DNA of 61,910 nucleotides, filler included, from Basidiobolus ranarum (lineage: Eukaryota): the NCBI GenBank assembly GCA_040143965.1. It is 18 parts of 18 records of this genome, joined end to end, with 100 filler letters (N's around TTAATTAATTAA, not from the genome) between each part and the next. Parts side by side here need not be neighbours in the genome. Positions count along the whole stretch, not along the records: positions 24,193 to 27,540 come from JASJQH010009428.1; positions 27,641 to 30,985 come from JASJQH010009429.1; positions 31,086 to 34,427 come from JASJQH010009430.1; positions 34,528 to 37,869 come from JASJQH010009431.1; positions 37,970 to 41,309 come from JASJQH010009432.1; 13 more parts are not named here. One strand, 5' to 3'. The notes under the pieces are model-generated. The model saw only the letters and a list, made by a program, of their open reading frames with translations, was not told the DNA's origin and made no database searches. Below are positions 25,822 through 38,630 of this stretch, one piece after another. Within the stretch, counting starts at the first letter, position 1; each line of letters begins with the position of its first letter. The translations under genes were made by a program, and so were the position numbers.

Positions 25822-27192
25822 AGACTTGTTCCATTGGACCAGGTCAGATTGTGCCACTCAATCCAGTCTGCCATCACACCATTGGGCAGGATCTGTCAAT
25901 TACCATGGCTAGGTCCTATAACACTTGATTGGACACTATAAGGAACAATATGGGACTATATGACCACAATTAGACACAATGACTTTTTTGGAGATATCAT
26001 GCCTGCCCATATCAAGTTACCCAATTTAGTATTGCCCAATTAAGATTTTGGGTAATTGACACAGCTAGTTCATCCCATAGTATGTAATTTACCCACTACT
26101 GAATGTGTAACAAAAACAATTTATACTGTTACTTACCTAATCAAATGTATAACCAAGAGATTCACATATTTTTAGGCGAATCATTTGTCCATCACTAACA
26201 CAATATCCTGATTTTCAATTGGGCCCTATGGCTCCTGCCTTGTGAAATACCAGTAGCTTTGGCGCACTGGTGACAAATCACAGCACTTGATGCTGGATCA
26301 ATCTGCAGTATGATAGTAATGATCAGGATTGCTTGATTCTTCATTGTTAGATCAGCAAATTATTCATTCAATCATTTAGGCTTCTAATTGAGTGAGAATG
26401 TGAATGGATTGAGCCATATCAAGCCAGTATAGCTGCACAAGCTTTTTATCAACAGACATTTTTTATTTAATTGTAGTGGAATTGCTTGTGGTAATAAGCT
26501 TTCATTGATTTTTTTGATATATGACAATTTGATGCTATCTGTGTTTCATAATGACATAAGCAATCATGATCCAACTAAAGCAATTTATGCTATATTTAAG
26601 TGCAATCCATATCAATTTAGCATAATATGCTAAACAGTAAAGAAAGGATAATGTAAGTATTAACCAGAGCATTCAGCAGTTGCCCAGGTTAGAAGTAGTA
26701 CATATTGATTTGCTTCTGTTATTTTTATTGTCTCCTTGATATTTCCATGGAAGGAACTTTGCTTGAATCTCTGCAATGAGTTGATTGGTTTCATCTTGTT
26801 AAAGTTCCTCTACCTTGGCCAGCATGAGTTGTAGCTTGAGGTCAATGCACTGTGGTATGCATTGGCTTGTCTGGTCTAGTTTGAGGTTTGTTTGTATCTA
26901 CAATATCTTTTTCAGATTTGGAGCCATCACTTAAAGGCTCAACCAGCCATTGCCACTGGCATGCAGTTCTACAAATTCACCTGGAATGTCTCACTTGAGG
27001 TTTGTGCTTTACAGTTATTGATTCTTCAACCATGGTAGAAGCTTATATCTTATAACTGGCCATGACCATGGTTGCATGGCAGTATGTGTTGGAGTGAGTT
27101 GTCTACCTTGAGGTTTGTGTTTGGCAGTTCTTGCCTCTTTAACCATGGCAGAAGCTTCATCTCTATTGACTGGCTGTGGTAACATGGCAATA
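25822..27192 (+). mobile_element. Left arm of an IS5/Harbinger-like element
   Basis: Starts AGACTTGTTCCATT, the same TIR as at 40708, 47989 and 37985. Homologous to 17470-19004. Confidence 0.65.
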
Positions 27193-27540
27193 TGTTCAAG
27201 TTTATTGTCTTTATCACATTTGTTATATCTATCTTCATACACCTAACTATTTCATATATCACATATAAGTTAGTTAACATTACATAGTCAAATATCACTT
27301 AGCTGAAAATTGGAACATATATTACTTATATATGTGAATAATGTGAGAATTAGCAATTCCATATTGGAAATTTCAAACTTGTCCAAATTACCCCAAAGTT
27401 AGCTCATTTTACTCCCAAAGATGTTCTGAACACAACCCCAGTGTTAGTTTTCTGTACTTCCACCAAAAAGTATAAATGCTTTATTTCTGAACAATAAACA
27501 ATTATCTCACAAAGCTATTCACAACTCCACTTGTCTAAAG
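27193..27540 (+). mobile_element. LTR-like repeat (family C)
   Basis: Starts TGTTCAAG. Close inverted copy of 24193-24490. Confidence 0.65.
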
Positions 27541-27640
27541 NNNNNNNNNNNNNNNNNNNNNNNNNNNNNNNNNNNNNNNNNNNNTTAATTAATTAANNNN
27601 NNNNNNNNNNNNNNNNNNNNNNNNNNNNNNNNNNNNNNNN

Positions 27641-27919
27641 AAGAGATATAGCCCGTACTCGTATCAAGGAATATACAAGGGTACAGTACTCAATACAGTT
27701 TGGTGCCAAGATTCCTACCACAGTGTTTTCTTCGATCGGGATTTGATTCTTAGACCATAAATGGAAGCTGTTATAAAGGGTCAAATCCCGGAACTGCTTG
27801 TATGTGATTTGCTGTTCTTCACCTTGAGCATCGGTGTAAATAAGAGCGACTTTTGTCCCATTCTGTTTGCCATGTAAATCTAGAAGGGTGTTCAAGTCGT
27901 TGGGTTGGAAGATGGGCAT
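27641..27919 (-). CDS. NRPS-like / carboxylic-acid reductase paralog, N-terminus (truncated by contig end)
   Basis: MPIFQPNDL...VVGILAPNCIEY is closely similar to the N-terminus of the gene at 51720-53544. Confidence 0.85.
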
Positions 27920-29491
27920 TGTCTGTTGAATAATAAACTTATGTGTGGTCAGAACGAACTAGTGACTATTTTATAGACAATTGAATGCCATCACGAACAT
28001 AACGTTCTCCGCAGTATGAACTAGATTGAGATGCATAAATCATACAGGAACGTTCAAGAATCGACAACATGTAAACATGAAATCAAGGAAATACTTTTAT
28101 CCCGGAGAACCGATGGACTCAAACAATCTGACTAAATAGTAACTTTAACTCTTATACTGTCTGGGTGTTTTCGAACTTGCTACCACCAATTTTACCTCAC
28201 TCTCTTGGTATTTTAAATCAATTTATTACAATTTATTCTCCAGAAATTCTCTTGGAGGATAAAGTTGTCTCTAACAGACGAGGGCCATCAATTGAGATCA
28301 GCCAAGAGTCAATACGACTAAAATTGGGGGTGGTAGAATTTGCACTATATGTTTCTGGAGTACAATTGACACAGTCCAACTTTGAAACAGTAGCATCCCA
28401 ATGCCATGCCACAATCAATCTTGTCCGTTGATATAAGGATATTTCATTGCATAGAAAACTCGGGGGATCCGGATAAGCACATTTGACAAGTTAATATACC
28501 ATTTGGACTTTGCTTATATGAAAGTTATGGAGGTTAGGTAAGCTTATTGAGGGCCCAGCATTGCTCTTTTCCCACAAGGAATATACTATTTTAGGTGACG
28601 AATGGATGATCTTACCGGTTATTTCTCAATAGAGCAACAAAATTAGCATGTTGCTCGGAGTCACTCCATCCCTTGGTTGGTAGACGTAGCGAACTCACTA
28701 TGTATAATCTTGATTACTTGTCTTACTCAGAATCAGCCCGTGATTCATGTCTGGTGATCCTGGCCATATCCAACTAGATTACATGTTCTTCGGTGAGCAA
28801 GTCACAAATAATATTGACATTGTAATGTGAAATAGATGGCCTTGAATTGATTACTAGCAAATAATGAAAGCTAGAATTAAACCGAAATAAAGATAAGCCA
28901 CTAGAGTATAGTCAATTGGGATTAGAATTTGTAATTATATTTTACCCAGGTATCAGATTATATCAAACACAACACAGGATCAAGATAGCTCAGTAGCTTA
29001 GCCTTCAGTATTTGTTTCGCTTTGAAGGTTTATGATAACGTTGAAGTCGATGTGCAGGTAAGGAGTTAAGAAATATGATTAGATCTGCGACTGGTTCATT
29101 ATTTTGCATGCATTATTCAATTGACCATGTCTCTGTATTCACTCCGTGTTTCCACTTGATATTTGTCACACAGCCTCATGAGAGCCTTAATAATCCTGGA
29201 TATTATGGAGGTGGTTCTGCTACTCTTGGTGATGTTAGAGTCACTTGTGCTAGTTATAGCTAGTAGATCAGTTTTGAGCGCAACATGCTTTTTGCACTGA
29301 AAATATAAGTTTTTCATTAAAATGTTTGTAGACACTACATTATATCTAATCCAAATTTTTGACATCATGGTTTTAGCCTGTAGCACTGTATGTATCTTAT
29401 AAGTAGTGCTCGCTTGCACCAATCAAATATGAATGCGAGTCTGTCAAATTTGCACCTAAATGATATAAAGATGATATTTACTAGTATTTTG

Positions 29492-29758
29492 TGATGAAAT
29501 ATTTTGAGAGTTGTTGGTAGTGATTTGGAGAACTAGAAGAATTGGTAGCTTACACTTAATGCTTTCTTGAAGGCAAGTTGACATTTATAGTTTGTCAAGA
29601 AGTAGATAAACTAGCATGCAGTGTCAGAGTTTGAGAAAATCATATACTTAGAGAACTTCCAAGTAAATCCCTCATGAAGATATTTGATAATAAAATAGTG
29701 AAATTTAGGTAGCTAGCTATATGATTATGTAGATGCTTAAACTATGTCATTTTCAACA
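29492..29758 (-). mobile_element. Degenerate, internally deleted solo LTR (family A)
   Basis: Shares GTTGACATTTATAGTTTTGTCAAGA and the TTTCAACA end with 6950-7297. Confidence 0.7.
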
Positions 29759-30630
29759 TTATATCCATTGAATATGACTCCTAGAGTAATTTGTTCAATA
29801 ACTTTCCATCACTTACTAAATGTTCATGATCAAAAATTTCATAATCAGATATATAGATTGAAAGAGATTTGTTCTGCTTCTCCTAAATGACAAATACATA
29901 CATCAAAATGTAGTCAAATCAAGGAAATATCTCAGGCAGCATCACAAATAGCTAGATGACTTCACTAATTGTCTCAACTCCACGAAACTACAAAGCTCAC
30001 TTGGCATTATGAACATGAGCAGGCTATATGAATGTCTATTTCGGGATATATAGCTAGTTTGATTACCATGATTACACTTTTTACAATACAATTTTTATCC
30101 TGGAAGTACTAAGCGTAGGCGGACACATGTTTAACTGAACATGTATATTTTCTAAGTGTTAAATCTCATATATCAAGAGCTAAAAAAAAGCCTTAAAGTT
30201 ATATCTAATAAGATGAAAGTGCCAGAAGGTAATATATGACCAACTATAATAATGGACAGTGCCAAAATATGATTACTGAAAAAACATTATTAAACGATAT
30301 AAGCTAAAAATTGATTCACTGATAGTGCAGAACACAAACGTATATAGTATCACACAGAGTGGCAAAAGCACTTTCATAATATCATTAGGTCTTTGATTAG
30401 GCTAGTTGATAATTATCAAGTTAAATTATGAAGTAAATGCAGAGATACTGTCATTTTAAAAACGAAGTACCTACTGAGTTTTCTTAGTCTACCTTATTAA
30501 ATAATTCAATATGGACTCAACGGAAATCAGAAAATTTTGAGCGAGTCAAAGTTGACCATAATTTCCAAAGTACCGCCATCGCCATGTATTATTGTACTGT
30601 ATAGAATATCGCGACCATCACTTACGAATA

Positions 30631-30986
30631 CTACAACGGAATTGGTAAGAGATTAACATCATTCAAAAATCCGATTTGCTTCCAATATGCGAGATAGCGC
30701 GAGATGAGCGACTCGTCGATGATCGGACAATCACTAGCCAGGGTAGGTGATCTTTCGCAGGTTATCTTGGTTTCCAACCTGATGTCAACGGAGTCCGAAG
30801 GTGAACTGGCCATTTTCTCTAAATATGGTAGCAGTGTGAAAATTGGATCTGCAATTCGAAGATCTTCATCTGCTTGAGCAAGTTGCTGCAAGTTCGACCA
30901 CCATTCTTGTAATGGCACCATTCGGATTTTACGGCCTGTAATATGGCTAACATATTTGATGAATTCAGTCCATGGCTCAGCGGGAN
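30631..30986 (-). CDS. NRPS-like protein, C-terminal thioester reductase domain (5' part off contig)
   Basis: PWTEFIKYV...PLQEWW...LISRYLAYWKQIGFL; paralogous to 54484-55051. Confidence 0.85.
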
Positions 30987-33900
30987 NNNNNNNNNNNNNN
31001 NNNNNNNNNNNNNNNNNNNNNNNNNNNNNTTAATTAATTAANNNNNNNNNNNNNNNNNNNNNNNNNNNNNNNNNNNNNNNNNNNNATTCATCCGAATGGA
31101 ATTGGTGGATCACTTGGGTACGATATATATACTGACCAATTACAGCGGAGGGTAACGCGCTCTCTAATTTTACGATTCTCACCCAACTATCTTATGCCTC
31201 CACCAAATATACCTTACTCGGCCATTCATTCTAGATTATTACTCACATCTCTTCATCTGCAGCGTTTCTGCAAGTCAATAATTATGCTGTACCTCTTTTT
31301 AAATTAGTGGTGAATCGTTTGACCACAACTTGTTAGTTCAATTACCTTTAATATCCAGACTGCCTTCCCATACATGCTGGTGTAAGCGTTCATTCCATCC
31401 ACAAAACTATGAATTCGTTCATAACACGCTTCCCTACACGCCCTTGAGCAACTTGTTACCTTTCACTTACCATCCTACACCAGTATTTTACTTGCTTTTG
31501 TCTAGTGTCTCTGAACAATTACGCAAATGGCCAATTATGAAATATCATGGTCGCGTAAGTGTGGATATCTGGATCTGTATAAGTAAATATATTACGAGGT
31601 GTATTCTAGTCCTGTTCGGATCAAGCACAAATGCACAGTTCCCAAATATTCCCTGCAAAAACAATGCCTTGATGCTAATGTACTTTCATTTGACAGCAAA
31701 GCTACAGCCATTTGAATATCCTTCATTGAGCTTCATAATATCCTTTGAGTCTTAAAACTTCCACTGAAAAGAGCTCAGTTGTATTTAAGGATAACTAACT
31801 GTATATTTCTAACTCGCTAAAATAAGCATTTCAAGCAAAACCAAAACTAACGTTCATCAAAGTACTACACAAGAAGAATGAATGTTTGTAAAAATGAGAT
31901 ATATCAGCAATCTATACAAACATGACTGTGTTCAAGTTAGACTTGCTTTAACATTCTAGAGGAATCAAGAGGGGAGCTTTCAACTAGAGTATACTAACTT
32001 TCTAACAGAGTATGCCCCTTGAATTTTGAAAGGGGAGAAAGTATTAAAAGTCAGAGTCTACATGCTATCGAACAAAATATCTGCACTCCTGGCAATCGAT
32101 ATCAAATATCTCTAGTACACCATTTTATTAATGAACTACATGAACATTGAAATCGGCTATTCTCTCGTAATGCTGCCGATTGACTAAAAATCAAATCGAT
32201 TAATACTGCTTTGTTTAGCAGCATGTATCTCTCACATTTCTTTAGAGAAAAGGTATACACACAAGTTTACAACCATCACTGACGATCTAAGGGCTATGGC
32301 GTGCTAATGCTTCTTTCCTATTAACCCTGAAGCTAAGGCCTCGCCAGAGTCCTCATTGTTGAATAACTCAATCAGGGCACTCCTAATTTTAAAGGATTCC
32401 TGGCAAGTTCTTTGCTTGCTTTGGACATTCGTAATTGGGTGAATGAATGATTGTTGAAGAGAATTACTAATGGTGTCTTTTCCGATGCATGCTCATAGTA
32501 TTCAGCCATTAAGCCTTACTTTATATTGTAGATAAAACCCCTTTTGAAAATGATCATAGACATCACAATTTTCCAGCATACTTCTCATGCGCTACACCAT
32601 TTCCGAGCCACTAAAGAAAAGCCTTGCCTTACAACCAACAGGATGTTGGAGGGGGAAATAGGATATAGTTCCTAATGTGTGCTCTTAGCGTATCCAATGG
32701 ACCTTGACTATATATATTGCAGTCTAGACGTGCTGTAACACGCATTCCCCAAAACTCACATTGGTGATTCAAAACTGAATAGGCTATACATGTGGAATTC
32801 AATTACCCAATTCGGAATGTAATGGTTTCAAAACATGTATCCAGAGTAATCACTGTATTGGTCACTCAATGAGGTTTAATGTATCCAGGGAGCATCCTGT
32901 AGCGAGAATGTAAGATGATGCTCACCAAGTGGTGTGTATTTTACATGGTGGGAATCCAATATTGGACCAAATTTCCGGATATATCGAGGACCAAGAGGTG
33001 TACAGAGAGGATATGGTGCTGAATCTGCAGTGAGCAAGAGGAATATACATGCGGTTGTTATTGCGCAACAATGAGCCCCTCACCAACATGATTCATCTTC
33101 CACAAACAATCTTGTAGGATAAACTTGTCCGGGTCTAGTAAAACAAAACCATGCGTATGGCCTCATGTTGCTTGATTAAATATATCTGGTTCCTTTTTGA
33201 AGTTTCATTCAAAGAGATTTCTGGTTGCCTAGTGTACTCCATAATATAGATATTATGATCCAAGGGTGCTGTGTGATTCTGAATATTGATGTGTTTTTAC
33301 TAGGAAATGCTAGCATATCTTAATTACAATGAGGTCAAGCTCAAGCTCAACCTCAACCTCATTACCATTCTCACCCTTAATTACTGTCATCTGGGTGCTT
33401 TTACTCCGGGTTTTGGAACACTATTTACTCCTAAATGCACTCTGAAATCATCGCCACGAAGTTGGTATCTCACTCCACGTTCTGTCCTTCCTTCCATGCT
33501 TGGTACGCTTAATTAATTTTAGTGGCAGTTAATCGACTGGAGGTGTATGCTAATACATCGCTCCTTTGTTGTTACAAAATGACGAAATACACTCACCATT
33601 CAACTGTGATTTCATATATTTTGTGTTTCATTCATGGTATCCATTGGTTTCTTGCTTGATCGTTGACTGTGATTCTACTGGCAACTTTGGTTAATCGATC
33701 CTATCAAAATCCCTTGGAGTTATACCTTCGGAGGATTTTACCAATCACCTATAAATCCTTTCATCCTGCTGAAGCCCAGAATCTTTAGACAGTGTTATAT
33801 TCTGCTTAGTCCTTGTCAACTTTCACATTTTCTTTACTGCTCCATAGTGGTGTTTGAAATTTGCAGAATCTTAATTACTCTCTGTTAAATGCTCCTTTGA

Positions 33901-33996
33901 ACAAAAGTAATCTTGTACATCTCTAATACTTTCCATACCCTTCTATTACTCTTCACCACTCAGTCTCTACTATAGACCGCTGGTAACTTGCCAAAC

Positions 33997-34427
33997 ATGG
34001 ATAGCGTAAACGTGCCTATCGATAACCCTGCCCAGAGCCTTAGGAAACGTAAGAGTGTGAGGTCAATGTTTGGCCGACCTCAAAGCGACATCGACGCGGG
34101 TAAGTTCTTGAGCACTGCCATGCTTTTCTGCTCCAGGAATTTTTGTACTAATCTACTCTCTTTCCTTCAATACTTTTATCTTAGGTCAAGATTACTCGCT
34201 ATCTCCTGATACTCTTCGTTCGCAAACTTTGGCACTAAGCAACTGGGTTTTGAATGAGTCCACTAGCACTAACCCTGGTTTATTGGGAAATTCGCACCCC
34301 ACCCAAAATTTTAACAACTATGCCACAGTGCAAGGCCTGTCTCAATCCTCGCCCAATCAATATGGACTTCCGTTACGCCAAACAGCTTCTATGGAGAATA
34401 GTAGTTATCGCTCAAGCGGCATAAACT
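33997..34427 (+). CDS. 5' part of an unassigned protein (2 exons seen)
   Basis: ATG at 33997. A GTAAGT...TAG intron at 34100-34184 joins in frame to a low-complexity S/N/Q ORF that stays open to the contig end. Confidence 0.6.
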
Positions 34428-34581
34428 NNNNNNNNNNNNNNNNNNNNNNNNNNNNNNNNNNNNNNNNNNNNTTAATTAATTAANNNNNNNNNNNNNNNNN
34501 NNNNNNNNNNNNNNNNNNNNNNNNNNNAGAAACTCTACTAACTGTACTTTGGTCTTTTTGAGTTGAGGATTAATTTGAATA

Positions 34582-34797
34582 GAATAATATAATAATTCAC
34601 GCTCAGCTATCTTGACACAATCAGGTACAAATAACCGCTCTCAAAGCTTCCATCCCCGAGAGGCTTCAGCTAAGAGAGTAGTCAAAAGGTAGACTCCCGC
34701 TAGTGGCATCGCAATATCATCAGCGCGTGATATGTATATTATTTGTAATTGCAGTCTTAGGTTATAACTAAGACGTAAGGTTTCATGGTTGTCGATG
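34582..34797 (-). ncRNA. Putative box C/D-like RNA gene, copy 1 (core 34597-34730)
   Basis: Terminal stem TCACGC/GCGTGA, box C TGATGA, box D CTGA, two internal hairpins. Four differences from copy 2 over 216 nt. Confidence 0.65.
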
Positions 34798-35146
34798 GCT
34801 CCATATTTATGGATATATAGTTACTGTGGGAGGTGGTAGATCATTGGTATGATGAGGAATTTTTCATTTTTTTCCCCTTAAAACCAAATGATACAAAGAT
34901 AATGATATCGATCGAGAGTTTTGTGAAACCTGACTTTTTGGTATACTCATGGTGAATTGATTCCTCATACTATTTTTTATTCAAATTTCAAGGAATTTTT
35001 AGAAGAAAGAATATATATTACACATGATAGAAAGGAGGGGTTAGAGAGAGGGGAGAATCTAAGGGGAACAAAGGAGTTGTACATTTTTACTATTTGAAAG
35101 ATGTAACTGAAACGAGTTTAGCAGAGAGTACACAGGGTGGAATTTC

Positions 35147-36556
35147 CTAAATTACAATCAGCAAAATGTTAGTGAAAATTGGAATGAAAATAGTGAAGTG
35201 ATTAAGGGATTTACTTGATTTATTGTGAACATTGGGATTTTTTCTTTCTCCATTTATCGTGTGTTCTCGTGCATGTATGTGATGATTAAAAAAGCGGGAT
35301 ATACTTGAACGTTCAGATTTAACATCATGTTGAGAGGTGGTTTCTCCGTAGGTAGAACGGGTTAATTTGTCAACTCCTCCTATCTTGGTTCCGCGTAATC
35401 TAGGAATAATTCCTTGAACTTCCTCGGTATCCGATATATCATCGGATTCGGAAGGAGACTCACTAGAGTCATCATTCTGATTATAGCGCGAACGTAGCCA
35501 TCGGTTACATGGTCCACTCTTACTAAGCTCGCTCACCTTGAAACCATAAATGCGCGGTGTGTACGTGTTGACTTTAAAATGAGTATAGATGCTTGGATTG
35601 AAAGTCATGAAAAACAAATGGGCAAACGTAGCACCAAAGAAGGCACCTAAATGAATTAATATAAGTATCCGAGATGAACGAATATAAAGTGCCTATATTA
35701 CCATCAAGATCCTGGAACCGAGAGCTAGGTGGTGTATAGATATCTAGACAATTTGGACAGTATAATCGTACAGGTTCAATGCCCAGTGAGTCGGATCTGC
35801 CTGTTGGAACTACTGCTACACCGTTACAATAGTATCTTGGGCAATCCCCAAAATCTCTGTGATCATATTTGTTCGCCTATAAGAAGATTGTACAAAATAG
35901 CGTTAATGTCATTGTACAGAAGCAATGCCTGCTGAGTATGTTATCCAAGGATAAAGAAAGAACCAAATTTCCTACCATCTCGTTCATACCCTGGCGAGTC
36001 AATATGTATCTCTGATGAATCAAGCCATAAAGTCTTTCGGCCGACGATTCAATAAGACTAGTATCAGCTCCGGAGTATTTACGCTCTGAATTAAACCAAT
36101 AATTAGATGTTTTGATCAACAAGCTGTATTACACATACACGAACCTGGCTCGATATCTAAAATCATCTCCAAAGCTTCCTGATAAAAAGGCACGGTAGAA
36201 CCTAAACCAGTAAAGTTGAAATCGTCCTCCAAGAAGTTATCAGCCACCTCTACCAAATACTCTTTTCCGGGAAGGGAGCAAAACCAAGTGACCCAAGAGA
36301 TTTTTTCGTGGTCAGAATCGTGTGCGGAATCTGTAGTGACTTTATATGAGATAAATGATTAGTCGATAATAAGGGAGAGTTGGTAATCAAGAGAAAGTTC
36401 TTTTGAAGTTCATTATTGTTCATTTATTCGCGTTTCTTTATCTAATTGGTACAAAGGGTAGTTTATATTTGAAGGTTATGAGAGATTGAACTCACCAGAA
36501 TATTCTTCACCATTTACAGGTACTTTAGAGGATCCCTGAGTTTTTACGGGATCCAT
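35147..36556 (-). CDS. CKB1: Casein kinase II regulatory (beta) subunit, multi-exon, with long C-terminal extension
   Basis: SWVTWFCSLPGKEYLVEVADNFLEDDFNFTGL, SAERLYGLIHQRYILT, FGDCPRYYC, LYCPNC, DGAFFG and YTPRIYGFKV. Confidence 0.92.
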
Positions 36557-36887
36557 ATTTGAGAATATTGGTCAAGATATAATGGATATTCTGTAAAGGA
36601 AAATTAGTAACTAGGTTGATTTACAACCTTTTTAGTTGGCAAGTGATGTTCTTACAGCGTAGATATAAACTGAAGTATGTGGAAGCGGAAGCGGAAGGTC
36701 ACGCGTGCTTTGGATGTAAAGATCAAGTAAATAACAATCCCTTTTTTTTGTATGATCAGATCCGTCAATAATCAGAAATTAATATTACCTGTTCGTATAT
36801 TAAAATACTAGCTGAAACAATCAATTCAAACGCCACAGGTTGGAGTTTGACTCAAAATAAACACTTTCAGAGATATATATTCTCTAG

Positions 36888-36915
36888 TCCCATGACCTTC
36901 GGAATCCCATAAATA
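36888..36915 (+). promoter_or_regulatory. Putative upstream element (TCCCA) and TATA-like box (ATAAATA) of the C/D-like RNA gene
   Basis: Both motifs recur at the same 21-nt offset in all three copies (36888/36909, 37633/37654, and 34831/34810 on the minus strand), while the spacer sequence differs. Confidence 0.55.
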
Positions 36916-36921
36916 TTGAAT

Positions 36922-37137
36922 CATCGACATCTATGAAACCTCACGTCTTAGTTATAACCTAAGACTGCAATTACAAATAATATACATATCACGCGCTGAT
37001 GATATTGCGATGCCACTAGCGGGAGTCTAACTTTTGACTACTCTCTTAGCTGAAGCCTCTCGGGGATGGAAGCTTTGAGAGCGGTTATTTGTACCTGATT
37101 GTGTCAAGATAGCTGAGCGTGAATTATTATATTATTC
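36922..37137 (+). ncRNA. Putative box C/D-like RNA gene, copy 2 (core 36989-37122)
   Basis: Same features as copy 1. The 5' extension contains the hairpin GTCTTAG-TTATAAC-CTAAGAC. Confidence 0.65.
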
Positions 37138-37666
37138 CACTCATATAATCTTAAAATAACAACATTTTATTCATAGTTTTTGTTTTTCAAGCACGATGGG
37201 AATTCAGAACTCGCGGTCTATTTAGTAAAGACTTGCTGCTGGAATTGCCTAACTAGCGACAATACAAAGATTATGTAAGAAATCAAGCAAATATTTGCTT
37301 ATTCTATTAAATTTATCTAGATTTAAAGATATCTCATCACTAATCATAATAATATATAATATTTGAAAATACTGATGAAATGTTAGAGATGTGTCACATT
37401 TTAACTTTGTTCTATTTAAGTAACAATAGCATACAAACAACACTTACCAAGGTACCAAAATAGGCAAGTACTTCCCAACAATATAGATCTGGTGTCTCTC
37501 AATTGTCGTTTAGATAGAATATTTTTGAAGTCTATCTCAAGTCTTGGGCTTTTTTCGGATCTATGATCTGTAGTAGTTGAAAGAAAACAAAATGATCCGC
37601 TTAATGGTGAAAAAAAAAAGATTATTCGTAACTCCCATAGATGCATACAATCAATAAATAGTCGAC

Positions 37667-37869
37667 CACCGACAACCATGAAACCTCACGTCTTAGTTAT
37701 AACCTAAGACTGCAATTACAAATAATATACATATTACGCGCTGTTGATATTGCGATGCCACTAGCGGGACGCTATCTTTTGCCTACTCTCTTAGATGTAG
37801 CCTCTCGGGGATTGAAGCTTTGAGTGCAGTTATTTGTAACTGATTGTGTCAAGATAGCTGAGCGTGTAT
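37667..37869 (+). ncRNA. Diverged copy 3 of the C/D-like RNA gene (possible pseudogene)
   Basis: Collinear with copies 1 and 2, but box C is TGTTGA, the internal CTGA is lost and the hairpins carry several substitutions. Confidence 0.5.
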
Positions 37870-37985
37870 NNNNNNNNNNNNNNNNNNNNNNNNNNNNNNN
37901 NNNNNNNNNNNNNTTAATTAATTAANNNNNNNNNNNNNNNNNNNNNNNNNNNNNNNNNNNNNNNNNNNNCCAATGGAACAAGTCT

Positions 37986-38630
37986 ATTCAATACTAAAGT
38001 ACTCACTGTAAAGCTAATGGATATCACTACCAGATTGTGAAAAGTCAAGGTTTCTTTGAGAACATCTATGATCATGCATTTGCATTGGCTCTGGATGGTT
38101 TCTTACTAAACAAATATACCACTAGAATGGCTTGCTGGCCAATAATTTTAACTAACTTAAATCTTCCTGCTTCTGAACAATGTAAGAGTCATAATATTTT
38201 GATACTATCCATCATATCTGGACCTAAATCACTAGTGCTTATAGATAGCTTCTTAGAGCCTTTGATTGCAGAACTTGAACGGTTATGTAATGGGGCTCAG
38301 ATGGGTGAATATTTTATTAAAGCTGATAGCATTGTATGTACTGGTGACACTCCTGCCATCAGTAAGTAGGGATTTTCAAAGGTGACAAATTGGTGTTCCA
38401 GTGGTAAATGTGTAAGATTTGAGTTATGTTTTTTGCACATGTATTGATCCATAGTTCTCTGAGATTGTAGCCTATCTTGTGCAACTAATTTGGGAGATCT
38501 TGAAATTTCACTCCTGAAATTGAAAAAATTGATTAAAATCAGATCTAACTTGATGACTTCATGATGGAAAGTGAATGGTCAGTCCAAATGGATTAAAATT
38601 GTGACAGCTTGCCTACAATTTCTGTTAGGG
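37986..38630. mobile_element. CACTA transposase fragment (+, to 38369) followed by an inverted CACTA left end
   Basis: ALALDGF...CWPIILTNLNLP...IISGPKS...DSFLEPLIAEL...GDTPA (Tnp2/Transposase_21-type). TGTTAGGG terminus at 38630. Confidence 0.85.

Noticed and set aside
36954-36963. TAACCTAA in the repeated RNA as a telomerase template for TTAGG
   Set aside because: It is only 8 nt and partly buried in a hairpin stem. There is no evidence for TTAGG telomeres and no pseudoknot was seen.
37010-37122. TPP riboswitch-like words (GCGGGAGTC, TGAGA, ACCTGAT) in the repeat
   Set aside because: P2 and P5 pairings cannot be formed and there is no thiamine gene nearby. The C/D architecture fits better.
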